From assembly GCF_009914755.1 (NCBI RefSeq), contig NC_060947.1: a DNA stretch of 64,000 nt. The stretch is one strand, 5' to 3'. Source of the DNA: the human T2T-CHM13v2.0 reference genome, Homo sapiens. The position numbers and the translations under genes are program-made. The notes beneath the pieces were generated by a model. It worked only from the letters and a program-made list of their open reading frames with translations, made no database searches and was not told the DNA's origin. Shown piece by piece: positions 27,400 to 44,249 of the stretch; position 1 is the stretch's first letter; each line of letters opens with the position of its first letter.

Positions 27400-29974
27400 G
27401 GTGCCCTGGAACGGACGCCCTGGCAACTACCATCTCTTCATCCGAGCCAAGGGTAACCCTGATGGTGGCAGGTAGGCCAGTATGTTTTTTTTTTTCAATA
27501 CTGGGACAACCTACTCTGCTTTACCTAATTTTTCAGGACCCACCAAGTCCTCCCAGGTCTCTGTTGTAGGAATTGATGGGCAAGTCTCCAAACCCCGAGC
27601 CACCCCTCCACTCTTCTGTTCCCTGCACACCTTTTCCTTCACTCACTCTTTCTTAGTCCTGCCCTCATGTCCAACTCTACTCCTAGGCAGAAACATCCTT
27701 TCAAAAATCCACACTACTCTCCACCTCCATGGTGACCTACTTAGGAATTCAACTTTCTCCTGGGGCCCGGGCTATGACCCAAACCCAAGTGGCACTAATA
27801 GATAAATAATCTGCCCTGCCCTCCTCCAACAGCGAAGTCCTTTCCTTCCTAGGACTAGCAGGCTTCTTTAGAATATAGATTCCCAACTTTGCCCTCCTAG
27901 CTCACCCCCTCTATGAAGTGGCAAAAGGCCCTCTCAGTTAATCCCCAAACTCCTCACATAACATACTCCCCAGCTCCGTGAACTCCAAACTGCTCTTGTC
28001 ACTACACCAGCTCTGTCCTTACCTAGTATCTCCCAACCTTTCATTCTCTATACTGCCGAAAGCCAAGGAATAGCCCTCAGTATCTTAGGGCAGCAGAAAG
28101 AAGACCCTCCTTCCTTTGCCCCTGTAGCCTACCTCTCTAAACAATTAGACAACACAGTCAGAGGATGGCCAACCTGTCTTAGAGTGCTAGCAACAGCAGC
28201 CACTTTAGGTCCAAAAATAACCAGGAAACTAACATTCAGTCAAAATAACACTGTCTACAGTCCTCATAATCTACAGGATTTCCTCTTCTCCTGAGCATTA
28301 GGCTCCCTTCCTCCTTACCGGATTCGATCATTCCATGCCCTCTTTATCGAAAATCCCGAATTCAGTATTGCCAAAAGTGCTCCCCTCAAGCCAGCATCAT
28401 TACTCCCCGTATCCCCTTCCCCTCCTACTCATTCTTGCACTGACATCCTAGATCACCTGCAGCCACACTTTCCAAGCATTTCCTCTGAGCCTCTCACCGA
28501 CCCCAATGACCAACTATTTATAGATGCCTCCTCTTCTGGGCCCACTGGCTCTCCCAAAATTGCTAGGTAAGAGGTTGTTTCCCTTGACCAAGTAATTGAA
28601 GCTAAGCCCCTACCTCCAGGAACCTCCTCTCAAAAAGCAGAACTCATAGCTCTCACCAGAGTCCTAACCCTTTCTAAAGGCAAATGGATCAACATTTACA
28701 CAGACTCCAAATATGCATATCACATTCTTCATTCTCACACCATCATCTGGCAAGAGAGGGGATTCCTCACTGCCAAAGGGACGCCTATCACTAACGGCCC
28801 CTTATTTACCAACTCCTTCAGGCTGCACATCTCCCAACTGAGGCAGGAGTTATACACTGTCGGGGACATCAAACAGAGACAGAAAGGCCTTTGAGGGAAC
28901 AGATTAATCTCAAGAGGGAACAGAAAGGCCAACAAGGCAGCAGAGAACAGAATCTCAGGAGGGAACAGAAAGGGAATCTGAAGAGGGAACAGAAAGGCCA
29001 ATGAGGCAGCAAAAAAGGCCTCCCTTTCTTCCACTCCTGCCTCCCTCCTCCTCATTACCCCTGCAATCCAAGCTCAATACTCTCCCACTGAAAAGGCTTT
29101 ATTACTACAACAAGGAACCTTCCTCCAGGGGGACAGGATAGTTAAGGACCAGAAGCTAGTCCTTCCCCAGCTCCAAACCGACAAAATCCTGACATCTCTC
29201 CACCAATCCTTCCGTGCTGGTGCATGTCCCCTGTATCTCCTCTTCTGCCCATATTTCTTCTCCCCTCACCTATTCACCTCACTAAAAAACATAACTTCAA
29301 ACTGTCATATATACTCTGTCACCTCCTTTCAAAGAGCCCTCCACTCCCCATCTATTCCTACACACCAGCTAAGAGGAGCACTCCCAGGAGAAGAGTGGCA
29401 AATATACTTCAGCCACATGCCTCCTGTCAAAAAAACAAAATTCCTTCTCACTCTTACAAACACCTTCTCTGGGTGGGTGGAGGTATTTCCTACCTCTTCA
29501 AAAAAAGCCACAGTAGTATCCCAGATCCTTATCACAAAAATCATCCCTAGGTTTAGTCTCCCTCACTCCATTCGATCAGACAATGGCCCTGGGTTTATCT
29601 CCCAAATCACCCAACAGGTCTCCCAGTCCCTCGGCGTCCAGTGACACCTTCATATCCCATATCGACCCCAATCATCAGGAAAAGTCAATAGGGCAAATGG
29701 AATCCTTAAAACTCAGTTGACCAAACTCACTCTAGAACTCCAGAGGCCCTGGACTTTCCTCCTACCCGTAGCTCTAGCCTGCATCAGAGCCAGCCCAAAG
29801 GCACTCTCTTTCCTCAGCCCATTTAAATTAATGTATAGACGCCCTTTCCTCTTACAAAATAGGCCTCCTTCTAATTCTCAATCAGGGGAATACCTCCAAA
29901 CACTTTCCCCCATCTGCCATCTCCTCCACAAACAGTCAGACCAGGCCCTCCAAAAACCACATAAAGGCCCTTGA
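27400..29974 (+). pseudogene. ERV pro-pol remnant with the RT core deleted
   Basis: Protease FNTGTTYSAL...LLGRNIL joins directly to VTYLG...SFLGLAGFFR. RNase H (QKAELIALTR, NIYTDSKY) and integrase (FSGWVEVFP, SDNGPGF, PQSSGKV) follow. Confidence 0.87.
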
Positions 29975-30229
29975 CACCTCCCACCTCCTTAACAAAAATT
30001 CAGAGTACTGTAATGGCTGACACCTCCCCTATTTATCCCTCTTCTCTTGGCTCCCCTCTCCATACACCATCCCTATACACACCACCCATGACGGTCTCAT
30101 CCCAACATCCAACAACACTCCCACATGAATCTTAGTAAACAGAAAACGCTTCCTCTTACACTGGGAAAAAAAAAAAAAAAACAAAAGCCTCCCAGCTTAA
30201 ACCAAACACCCTTTTACAACCACTTATAA

Positions 30230-31150
30230 CAGCAGCCCTAGCTGGGACCCTAAGAGTATGGATGCATGAGAATAACAAAATAGTACATCTTTTTAGCATA
30301 CACAACCAGTTCTGTCTACCAAGCCAAGGCATACTTTTCCTATGTATACCTCAACTTATATTTCCCTCCCCTCTAACTGGACAGGCACCTGCACCCTGCT
30401 TTTCCTCAGTCCAAAAATCACTGTTGCCCCAGGAGACCAGCCCCTACTAATCCCAGTTAATATCCCTATCTGACACCACCATACTATACAACTCATACCT
30501 CTGTTAGTAGCCCTCAGAATAACTACAGGAGTTGGAACTGGGATTGTGGGATTAACCACCTCCGTTTCCTATTACCAATCCCTCTCCAAAGACTTCACGA
30601 ATAGCTTGGAAGAGATAGCCAAATCCATTACAACTCTCCAATCACAAATAAATTCTTAGCAGCAGTAGTTCTTCAAAACTGCAGAGGCTTAGACCTATTC
30701 ACAGCCAAAAAAGGAGAACTCTGCCTTTTTCTAGATGAACAGTATTGCTTTTATCTTAACCAATCTGGCGTAATACAAGATACTGTAAAAAGACTAAAGG
30801 ACCGAGCACAAAAAATTAAAGAAAATGTCCCCTGATGGCCAGCGTGGCCCTCCTGGTCCTTTAGTACCTGGTTTCCATGCCTAAAGCCCCTCCTAGGCCC
30901 GGCTGTAACCATTCTTCTTTTTCTAGCATTTGGCCCTTGTCTCCTAGGCCTTCTCACCCAGTTTTTACAGGACCTTATCAGAGCCTTCATCCACGGGACA
31001 ATACAAGATATGATGCTGCTCCAGGAATACCAACGGCTCCAAAAACGGCAGTCCCTGCTGTCTAGCCTTCCCCCACAACCGTTGCCCCTTCCCAGCAAGA
31101 AGCAGCCAGACGACAATGGAGCCCCTCTTCTATTACCTATTAAGAGGTTT
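30230..31150 (+). pseudogene. ERV env remnant (mostly TM)
   Basis: Immunosuppressive domain LQNCRGLDLFTAKKGELCLFLDEQYCFY at ~30671-30753, with several stops. Confidence 0.85.
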
Positions 31151-31960
31151 GAATGTTGGGGACAAACTGCCCCCAAGAAAGCTTCTTGGTGCTTCCCACC
31201 CCTCCCCCTAAGGCATTGAAACTCTTCTCCATGCCCACCCTTCCCCAAGCCTCTTTACATTTCTAAGCCCTTATCTGGGCACCATGGTGAAGCCAACAGA
31301 TTTCACTTATCAGACCTTGCTGCAATAAACAAACCCCAATTACAAACCATCTGGACCGCACAGGAGGAGGTCATGGGAAACATAAACTTTACGGACACTC
31401 TCCTGTAATAAACGTCACAAAGTAATATGTGGCAAAATTAACCAGCAAACAACCCCAGGGTCTTTCTTACCACATATAAACGCCTCATTTTGTAAGCTTA
31501 AGGCTGCCTCCTCTGTCTGTGATGGAGCAGCCGTCAGGTTAATAAACTTCCTCGCCTGACCTTGGGTCTCTCTCATCCTTTCTCTCAGCTGACCTTACAC
31601 TCTTCCTCTCCATGAACAACTTCTAGCTTTTTTTTTTCCTTAAATCTTCCTTTCTCTGGGTTATTTTTAAAGCTTCTAAATTTTGTAAGAACTGCTTAAC
31701 CCCTCTGAAAATACCTCATACAATGGCAGTTAAATCATAATCTTAATTGAGGCTTGTTGGTTTCACCTATGAAGTTACCTTTAGTGAAGTTTGAAAGCCA
31801 GAAATACTGACCACTTGGCATGGCTAAAGTCAGGTAATAAAGAAGTTAAAAGGATTTTCTTAAAGATCACTCAGCTTAATTGCAAGTGGATAGTGGATAC
31901 CCAAGTTATAGGTACATTTAAAAGGCCTTTATGTTTTTCTTTTCTTATATATATATATAT

Positions 31961-32248
<288 letters not shown>

Positions 32249-35200
32249 ACTTGTATCTTCTTTTACTGGAAAAAGTGTTTTTTTCTTAGTTGACTGAATT
32301 CTCTTTTCTCTATTTTGTCTTGCCACTCTTAATGCATGCACGAGTGGCCAATAATCCACTTCTTAGGAGATTGGCAAATGAAAAATCTTATGGCTGCTGT
32401 GTTTTCTCCTGCCTGTCTGTGTAGTTATGTATGTATTGTGTGATGTCTATAAAAAAAAAAGAGCTCTAATTAATTGGTCTAAAAGACAAGCGCTTGAATC
32501 AAATATTTTTTAAAGGGGAGATAAAAGCTGTGGTACCTTTTAGTTCATGTGACTTTAATCTTTGTGAAATAAAAAAACCTTAAAGATTATTGGTGAAATA
32601 CAGTTGTTGTCAAAATGTAAATAGGTGAACTAAATTATGCAGATCAGACACTAGGTTTACTAAATGTTTTAAGGTTATAAACTGCCTTTTCAGTTTTTGA
32701 TAATGTTTTAACTTGCTGGCTTCACAATTGGTAAAGCCTGGAAATATATGAAATTAACCACATCCTTAATTATGCAGGAAGGAGTTAAACCTTTGCTGCA
32801 CCTAGCACATAATTAAACCAATTTACCAGGTTTTACATTAAAGTTAAAATTTGCTAGGAGTTACCATTATAAGATGTAATTGAAACTACTGGAAATAGAT
32901 TTACATGCAAGGTGTGTGAGAACAGTAAGATGTATTTTTAGTAAAAGATTATAAGAAGGTGTTGAAATGTAAATTCTTGCCTAGGGTTAAAAGATTATTT
33001 TGAATTAGATAAGAAAAAGCTGAAGGTTTAAACGAGTTGTGGAAGAATTGTAAAAAAATTAATCTTGCAAAAGAAATTCCATGTGTGAACATATTGACTA
33101 AATTTAAAAGGGTATTATATGGTTTTCTGTAAATTGAGCATTGAAATAAAAGCACAACAAAGTATGTTTAAGACACTACTCTGCTCTTTAGCAAAATTTG
33201 TATAGGGTTATAAAAGGCTTTTGCTTTTTTAAAATTCTGAGTCATCATTTTGGCAAAATAAATAACTTATGGTAATCTGAAATTCTATTTCATAACATCA
33301 TGTTTTAAACCTCTAAAATATTTAACAGATCCAGAGGCAGATGATAATGGAAGTTAAAAGGCAAAGCATAGGTGAGCATGACTGATTCCTTCCAATTAAG
33401 CCACACTTCCCATTTCAAGGATAAAGGTCACGCTAGCATCCATGGCATAAATGAGGTCTAGGGAATTCAAAGGCTACTGACATCAGGAGAGATAGGGTGT
33501 ATGTGGGTAAAAGTGGGTTCTCCCACCCCCAAGGCCCCCCATTAACTTGGGTGAAAGCCACTTTCACACCCATGGGTGGCACAGTCACTGGGACTCAGGG
33601 ATACAAGGACGGAGGAAAGAAAAAGGAATGCCTCACTTTCCCTCCCTCATGTACTCAGGGTATTTGCTAGAAAGAGAAAGGAACCAGGGATGCCTGCTCA
33701 CCTCTTTCTAGATGAATAGCCATTTATCTTCAGTCTGTGCCCTTTTTTAATGCATCCTGAACCCCTGAGACTCCTTTGAAAAAAAGTCTTCTTTTTTTTT
33801 TTTCCTCCTCTGTCCTCTCTTCACTGATAGGTAATTGTGTCTCCATACTATGGGACACTCCTCAGATGCATCCTCCAAACTGGAAAGAGTTAATTTCCAA
33901 AATCTTACACTGGTTGACTCAGAATTGGGCTGAGGGGATGGGAATACAGAAGATTGACACGCCAGCAAAAAAGGGTAAAAGTGTGTTTTTTTGTTTTTTT
34001 GTTTTACCAGTTGGGCTTTTGGCCTTTCTCTCCCCGTGCAAACTGATAAAAGGTCTTGAGATTTTTGAGCTGTCCTAACCACCCCCAACCTTGTTTTGTG
34101 TTAATACATGTTTTCTAATAACTTGGTTTGTCTTGTCTCGCCTTCAGGCCGTGAAATTCCAAGTGATCATGCAGCCAAAGACTCAGACAATGGCCCCTTT
34201 TACCAGGAGCCCTTAGATAGACTTCTGAGGGAGATCTTACTGCCATTTTCCCAAAACGGTGCCCCCTGTCTGCAGGAAGCAGTTACGATTAGTCTTTGTC
34301 CTTATCTTTATCCTTATTCTAACTGCAGTTAGATGTACTTCTTTAGAGGGGGGAATGATAGAGACAGGAGACAGTCAAGGGTTCCCAGGAAAACCCTGCC
34401 TTCAAGCTTAAAAAAGCCTGAAGGCTGAAAAACCAGACTCCTGGTCCCAGATGAAGCCCACCCTTTCCTGACTAATTCTCTCTGAATAATACCCACTTGT
34501 GCACTTGGGGAAGGGGGTGGCCACATGGGAAGTTCATGCCTTGTGCTGAGGGTAGGAAGCTGACCTCTTCAGTTCCTGTGTGATGGTCTGGTGTTCAATC
34601 TGTGAGGTGGGAGCCTGTTGGCAAGACTCCCATTTGCTTTGCTGAAAGTTGTTTTTCCTTTTTTCTTTTCACCCAATAAATTTCACTCCTCACTCTTCTA
34701 TGTGTCCACAAACTTAATCTTTCCTGGTCGTGTGACAAGAACCCGGTTTTAGCTGAACTAAGGAGAAAGTTCTGCAACACAACTATTCTAAAAAGATAAA
34801 CACAAGTCAGTGGCAGTGAGACATCCCCCAGAGGGTTCCAGAGTCAGATCTGTCAGGGGTGGATGGAGCAGTCATCCTTCTTGTAGCGTTCCCTCCTCCA
34901 ACTTACAAAGAATCACAAGCTAAGAATGTAATTAGTCTCTGTAATGGAAATATAGAGGTTATCAGCATCTTGTTTTGAGATGAACTCATTAAAGGAAAAT
35001 CCCTTTCCTGTGGGCATTGGTGTGTGACCCAAACAGTTGAGCCATCATCCATGATGTTTTCATAGTTTGTGACTGCACAAACCAGTGCATCTGAAACAGT
35101 CCCAGAGTCTGAGTTATTTCCATTGAGTAGAGAGATTTCACCAGATTTTAGTTTCGCACAGCTAGTTCTGGGATTGAAACAGCTAACAGCAGACATAGTG

Positions 35201-35395
35201 ATATTTCATCTTACAGTCAGGTCCAGGCAATAAAGATCTGTAAATTCAGAAATAAATAATAATAAAAAAAAAAGGTAGTGGCTTTCTTTCAGCAGCAGCA
35301 AAGCCTAGATACTGTGGAGCCAGATATCCAGCCAAGGACCAACCTTGCAACAGTCTTTTCTAAGGATAGCAGCCTCAGGCCTGCTATGTTAACTG

Positions 35396-35532
35396 ACCCA
35401 CTGTCTAACCAGCCCCAATGAGATGAGCTGGGTACCTCAAAGGAAATGCAGAAATCACCCGTCTTCTGCACTGATCTCACTGGGAGCTGCAGACTGGATC
35501 TGTTCCTATTTGGCCATCTTGCCAGCCACCTC
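35396..35532 (-). mobile_element. Isolated extreme 5' end of an L1PA element
   Basis: gaaatgcagaaatcacccgtcttctg...gttcctatttggccatcttg is the reverse complement of the first ~135 nt of the L1PA 5' UTR. Confidence 0.8.
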
Positions 35533-37420
35533 TGAGGAAATACTTAAATAAATGAAGAAGCTAGCCATGCAGATGTCTGGGGTAAGGGCACTCTAGGCCA
35601 AGGGAGCAAAATGTCAAAGGCTAGTAATAAAACCGCCTTTGCAAAAATTATAACAGGAAATTATGATAGTGAATGAGATCACACCTGACTGACTCCACCT
35701 TGCTTCCAACCTTTAAGCTGTCCTTGTTCATTCCTGGGCATAGGCCAAACTAACTTTGGGAAGGAATTCATTTCATGGTTTGACTCTGAAATAAAATTTA
35801 TAATAGCCCTTTTCTGAAAAGACACCCTTCTTGCCCAGGACCAGTTTGCCTTGGCAGGACTAACAAGTTAACTACAAGATTAGAAATTATGGTTTAGGAG
35901 TCATGCAGCGTCTGACTTCAAGAGTCTGAACCTTCCCAAATTGCTCCTGGGAATAACAACACTATTGTAAAACCTCAGATCAGTGCTTGAGATATTTTAC
36001 AGACCCTGCACTCAATGGATCTACTGACACCACCCAGATCAGTAATCTGGCTCAACCAGTTCTTCCATCCCACCCAGGAACAGAAGAAAAACTCACTTCG
36101 ACCCCCTATGATTCGATCTCCTCAATATTCCGCACTGCCCAAGCCCCTACCCTTCAAATTATCTTTAAAAACTCTGGTCTCCAAATTCTCAAGGAGAGTG
36201 ATTTGCATAATAAAACTCCGGTCTCCCACACAGCTGGCTCTGCATAAATTACTCTTTCTCCATTGCAATTTCCCTGTCTTGATAAATCAGCTCTGTCTAG
36301 TCAGCGGGCACTGTGAACCCATTGGGTGATTACACTAATGTGAGAAAATGAGAGGAAAATTATTGGAGATAAAGCTAGTAAATTAATAGAGATTCAGATT
36401 ATGTAGTGCCTTGTGGCCTATTATAACATTCTTTGGCTTTTACTCAGAGATACAAATGATCGGAAGGTTCTGACAGAGTTATGACATAATTTCACATACA
36501 TTTTAATAGAATCTCTCTGGATTCGTTTTGAGAATAGACTGTAAGGGGATAAGGGTAGCAGCAAGTAGACTATTTGGAAGGCTATTTCAATAATCCAGGT
36601 GAGAAACGGTAAGGGCTTGTATTCAACATGTAGCAGTGAAGGTGGTAAAAAGTGGTCAGATTTTTGTGAAGTGATCAGAAGTGGTCATATGTTTTTAAAG
36701 GTAGAAGCAACCGGATTTTCTGAGATTTGGATGTAAGAAAAAAGAAAAGAGAGGACTCAGGATATCAAGTGTTTGGTCCTAGTCAACTACATAAGGAAGC
36801 ATTTGCCATTTAATTTAATGGGAAAGACTGAAAAGCAAGTTTAAGATCAGGGGGAAACTGGGAGTTCAGATTTGGACATATTAATATTTAGGTATCAACT
36901 GAAAAGCTAAGAAGTATCAAGTGGGCAGTAATTCATACAGCTCTAAAGTTCATCAAAGCAGACAGAGCTGCAAAAGCACATTTAAGAAATTGTAAATTAG
37001 ATAAATAGATAGATAGATAGGTAATTGATAGATACATAGATTGACTGATATGTAGGTATCTCTGAATAAGATCATCAAAAGCTTTATTATAGAAAAGAGA
37101 ATTCTAAGGACTGATTTATGGGGCAATCCAATAATAAGATGTGAGAGAGATGAGGAAGAACCAGCAAACAAGACTGAGAAGGAGTAGCCAGTGAGATAGT
37201 AGGAAAAAATCATGAGAGTTCATGTGGTGTCAAAGCTAACAAATAAAGTGTAGGGAAGTGTAATCAACTGTATTAAGTGCTAATGATAGGTCAAGGAAGA
37301 TAAAGGATAAGAAATAGCCTTAGATTTAGTAATATTAAGTTGACTGGTGATTTAAAAAAATTAAATAGTATCATGTTGACAAATGTTTGATTGTAGTGAG
37401 CTTTAAAATCTGGTAGAGTG
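35533..37420 (-). mobile_element. L2 element split by LTR8
   Basis: Purine-rich antisense L2 text. Minus-strand ORF 36953-37213 resembles L2 RT (YLTGYSFSV...GLPHKSVL). Confidence 0.72.
35628..36334 (+). mobile_element. LTR8-family solo LTR
   Basis: Starts t(a)aaaccgcctttgcaaaaattata and ends gaacccattgggtgattaca. ~700 bp. Confidence 0.85.
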
Positions 37421-38033
37421 CGGTGGAAAATTGATTCTAAATATTTCCACTTCTACTCCTCAAAACCATACAGAGTTTAGTTATGTATAGAAAAAGGGGA
37501 AAACACCACAAACTACATATTCTGTGATACTAGGAGATAAAGCCTGTAAAGATGTGTAGTCAAAATTGCCCTGTATTAGAGGAGTCTTCACCAGCTGTGT
37601 TGTGATACCATGGTGTTATAACAGGGAAGAATAAAAACAGTGAAGGGGTCTATCAGTGCCAGATCTCAGATATAAACAAAGAAACGTGGAAAACTACTGT
37701 GGCTTTTAGCCTTTATCTTCTTCCAGAGTAGTTGCCTGTTAAGGACTCATTCAGAAAAATTGAAGTTATTCAAACATGAGGCAAAGAAAATTCTGCTTAC
37801 AGTTAGGAAATAAAAGGTTACTAGAGAATTCCCAGGTCAATTTTTATTCCTTACATCCCTTGTTGTATTCCACCTTAACAATAAGATAGCATCATAAATG
37901 CATTTTTTAAAATCAATGAATTGACAATGCAAAGAAATCCGTATGAAGTAATATCAAATGAGAGAAAACTCCTTCCAAGGTAAGGCAAGACCCCCAAGCA
38001 ATGTAATCTCTAAAGGCATAGTGGATAAAGGAG

Positions 38034-38551
38034 TGTATTAATTATCCATTGCCATATAACAAATTACTCCAAACTTAGTGGCTTAAAAAAATAAAGATTT
38101 ACTACCTCATAATTTCTGTGGATCATGGTAGCTTCTTAGGGTGGTTCTGGCTCCAGGGCCTCTCATGAGGTTGCAGTCAAACTGTCAGTTGGGGTTGAAT
38201 GGAGGAGGGTATGTTTCCATGTTTACTCATGTTGGGCCTTTTGGTAGTTGGCCTGAATGATTTCACCACATGACAGCTGATTTCCCTCTCCCTGAGGTTG
38301 TTTTACAACATAGTAGCTAGATTCCACAAGAGTACGTGATTTAAGAGAGAGTGAGAGACAGTACATTCAAGAAAGAAACTGCACTCTTTTTGTAACCCAA
38401 TCTAGGTGGGGCATACCATCATTTCTGCCACAATTTAGTCACTAGAAACTAGTCACTAATTCCAAGACGCTCTCAAGAGGAGGAAATTAAGTTGCACCCT
38501 TTAAAAGGAGGAGTATCAATAATTTGTGGACATACCTTTGAAATTACCACA
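38034..38551 (-). mobile_element. MLT1 (MaLR) LTR
   Basis: tgtatta..taacaaattactccaaacttagtggcttaaaa ... attaccaca. Confidence 0.75.
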
Positions 38552-40197
38552 AATAGTAAACCCAGCAAAATAGTAGATATTTCCAGAATAAAGATAAACC
38601 AACTGAAACTTTAGCAGCACATCTGGGCTGGCAAAAGAGATATCAAACAATTTGACCAATTGACATTTGTAGAACACTTTACTCAAGGACAGCAGAATAC
38701 ATATTCCTGTCTAGTACACATAGAAAATTTACCAAGATACCCCATATTCTAGGCCATAAGACATTTCTCAATAAATTTAAGAGGATTCAAGTCATATAAA
38801 GTATGTTCTCTGACCAGACTGGGATTAAATTAGAAAACAGTAACAGTAAGATTTCTGGAAACAAAAAATACCCATAGCTGTTCAGAAACTAAATAACATA
38901 CTTCTAAGTAACACACAGGTCAATTAAAACCCTCTGGGGAATTAGAAAGCATTTGGGCTGCATTAAAATGGAAATACAACTGATCAAAATGTGTCAAATT
39001 ATGCTAAAGCAGTATGTAGGGGAAAATTTATAGCACCAAACACATATATTGGAACAGAAGAAAGGCCTCAAATAATTGTCCTTTGCTTCCATATTAAGAA
39101 ATTAGAGAATAGAAATTAATGAAATAGATAACATAAAAACAATAGACAAAATCAATGGAAACAAAGTGGTTCTTCAAGAAGATCAATATCATTGATAGAA
39201 AAGATAGAAGGCCCCATATTACCAATACTAGCAAGAAGAGGCATGGCATCACTGCAGGCTCTATTAGATATTAAAAAGAAATGTTTGATGACTTACATGA
39301 AAAGGAAAAATTTCTTGAAAGATAAACTTCAAGAAAATCACTCAAGAAGAAATAGATAACCTGATTATTCCTAATTCAATGAAATGTAATTCATTGTACT
39401 AACAAAGACAAAAAGAAAGACTAAGTCATTATCTCAATAAAGACAAATGAAGCACTGTACAATATCCAAAATCTATTCTCAAAAAAAATGCTCAACAAAT
39501 TAAGAATGAGCTAACACACACACACACACAAACTAGCACTAAGATTATACTTAATGGTAAAAGACTGAATGCTTTCCCCCTAAGATCTGACGTAAGGCTA
39601 GAATTTTGCTCTCACAGTCTGTTATCAATATTTTGTTGGAGATTCTATTCAAGATAATAAGGCAAGAAAACTAGGTTATATTAGAAAAGTAGTGAAACTA
39701 TCTTAATTCACAGACATCATGAATGTCTGCATAGAAAATCTTATGGAATCTCCAACATAGTCTACCAGAACTAAGTGAGCTTGGTAACATTACAGGATAC
39801 AAAGTTGGTATACAAAAATCAATTGTATCTCCATCTGCTATCAATAAACAGTTTGAAATTAAAATTTCTAAAACATATCATTGGCAATAGGATTAAAAAC
39901 ACATGAAATGTGAGAAATAAATCTAACAAAAGACATACTAGATATGAAAAATAAAAGCTAAAAAAGATTTCTGAGATACATTAAACAAGAACAAAATAAA
40001 TAAACGCCCATGTTCATGCACAGGAAGTCTTGTTGTTAAGGTTTTCTTCATACTGATGTGTAGATTCAATGCACTTTTGATCAAAATCCAAGAAAATAAG
40101 TTGTTGTCCAAGATGTTGACAAACTATTTCTGAAATTTGTATGAGAATGCAAAGGACTTAAAATAATCAAAACAACTTTTAAAAAGAACAACACTCA

Positions 40198-40484
40198 GCC
40201 AGGCGCGGTGGCTCATGCCTGTAATCCCAGCACTTTGAGACGCCTAGATGGGCAGATCGCTTGAGCTCAGGAGGTCAAGACCAGCCTGGGCAACATTGCA
40301 AAACCCTGTCTTTACAAAAAATACAAAAAAATAGCGGAGCATGGTGGCACACATATGTATTACTAGCTACTGGGAGGCTGAGGTGGGAGGATCACCTGAG
40401 CCCAAGAGGTCAAGGCTGCAATGAGTGAAGATTGCACTACTGCATTCCATCCTGGGCAACAGAGTGAGATTCTGTCTCAAAAAA
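40198..40484 (+). mobile_element. Alu (AluJ-like)
   Basis: gccaggcgcggtggctcatgcctgtaatcccagc ... gtctcaaaaaa. Confidence 0.92.
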
Positions 40485-40499
40485 CACAAGAGAGTTCCC

Positions 40500-41560
40500 A
40501 CAGACACTGTGCCACCACACAGGCACAGCCTCCTCAGCTGTCAACAACCTGCACCAGAGTGCTACATTTGTTACAATCAATGAATCTATACTGACATATA
40601 ATTACAACCCCAAATCCATAATTTGCATTGAGGTACACTTTACAGGTTTTTAGAAATAAAAATGGCATATATCATATATTTTAGTATCACACAGAATAGT
40701 TTCATTCCCCCTAAAATTCCTCTATGTTCTACCTATTTATCTCTTCCTCTCCTCTTTTTCCTAGCAACCACTGATCCTTTCATTGTTTCCATAATTTTGC
40801 CTTTTCTAGAATGTCATGTGGTTGGAATCATACAGTAAATAGCCTTTCCAAAGTGGTGTCTTTCTTTCACTTAATAATATGCATTTAAGTTTTCGCCATG
40901 GTTTTTCATGGCTTGATAACTCAGTTCTTTTTATTACTGAATAATATTGCATTATGTAGATGTACCACAATTTATTTATACGTTCACCTACTGAAGGACA
41001 TTTTGGGTGCTTCCAAGTTTTTGCAATTGTGAATAAAGCTGCTATAAACATCTTTGTACAGGTATTTTTGTGTAGCCATATATTTCAGTTCATTTGGGTA
41101 AACATAAAAGAGCATAATTGCTGGATCATATGATTAAGAGAATATTTAGTTTTGTAAGAATGTCAATCTATCTTTCAAAGTGGCTGTATCATTTTGTATT
41201 CCCAACAGCAATGAAAGAGAGTTCCTATTGCTTCACATTCTTACCAACATTTAACATTGTCAATGTTTTGGATGTTGGCCATTCTAATGCATGCACAGTG
41301 GTATCTTATTGTTGTTTTAATTTGCAACTCCTTAATGACTTACGATGTTGAACATCTTTTCATATGCTTATTTGCCAAATTTATATATTCTTCGGTGTGA
41401 TGTCCGTTCAAGTCTTTTGCCCATTTTTTAATCAGATTGTTCATTCTATTACTGTTGTATTTTAAGAGTTCTTTGTGTATTTTAGATATCAGTCCTTCAT
41501 CAGATGTGTGTTTTGCAAATATTTTCTCTCAGTCTGTGGCTTATCTTCTCAGTCTCTTGA
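40500..41560 (-). mobile_element. L1MC/L1MD-type 3' end
   Basis: Minus-strand ORF 40806-41051 MFIAALFTIAKTWKHPKCPS is the ORF2 C-terminus, followed by an old 3' UTR. Confidence 0.8.
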
Positions 41561-41672
41561 AGACCCATCTTTTACCAAGGGGCAACATCAATTCAGTGAA
41601 AAAAAAAGTGTTTAAAAAAAATGATGCTGGTACCATTGGATGTCCAAATGTAAAACAAAAACAAAACAAACA

Positions 41673-44249
<2,577 letters not shown>

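Larger units (their letters stand above)
24986..31599 (+). mobile_element. HERV-F-group (HERV-H/F superfamily) defective provirus; LTRs 24986-25435 and 31154-31599
   Basis: Paired ~450-bp LTRs, 5-bp TSD CTCTT, tRNA-Phe PBS, gag-pro-pol-env remnants. Confidence 0.92.

Noticed and set aside
30230-31150. Syncytin-like intact env
   Set aside because: SU is largely deleted and TM has several stops.
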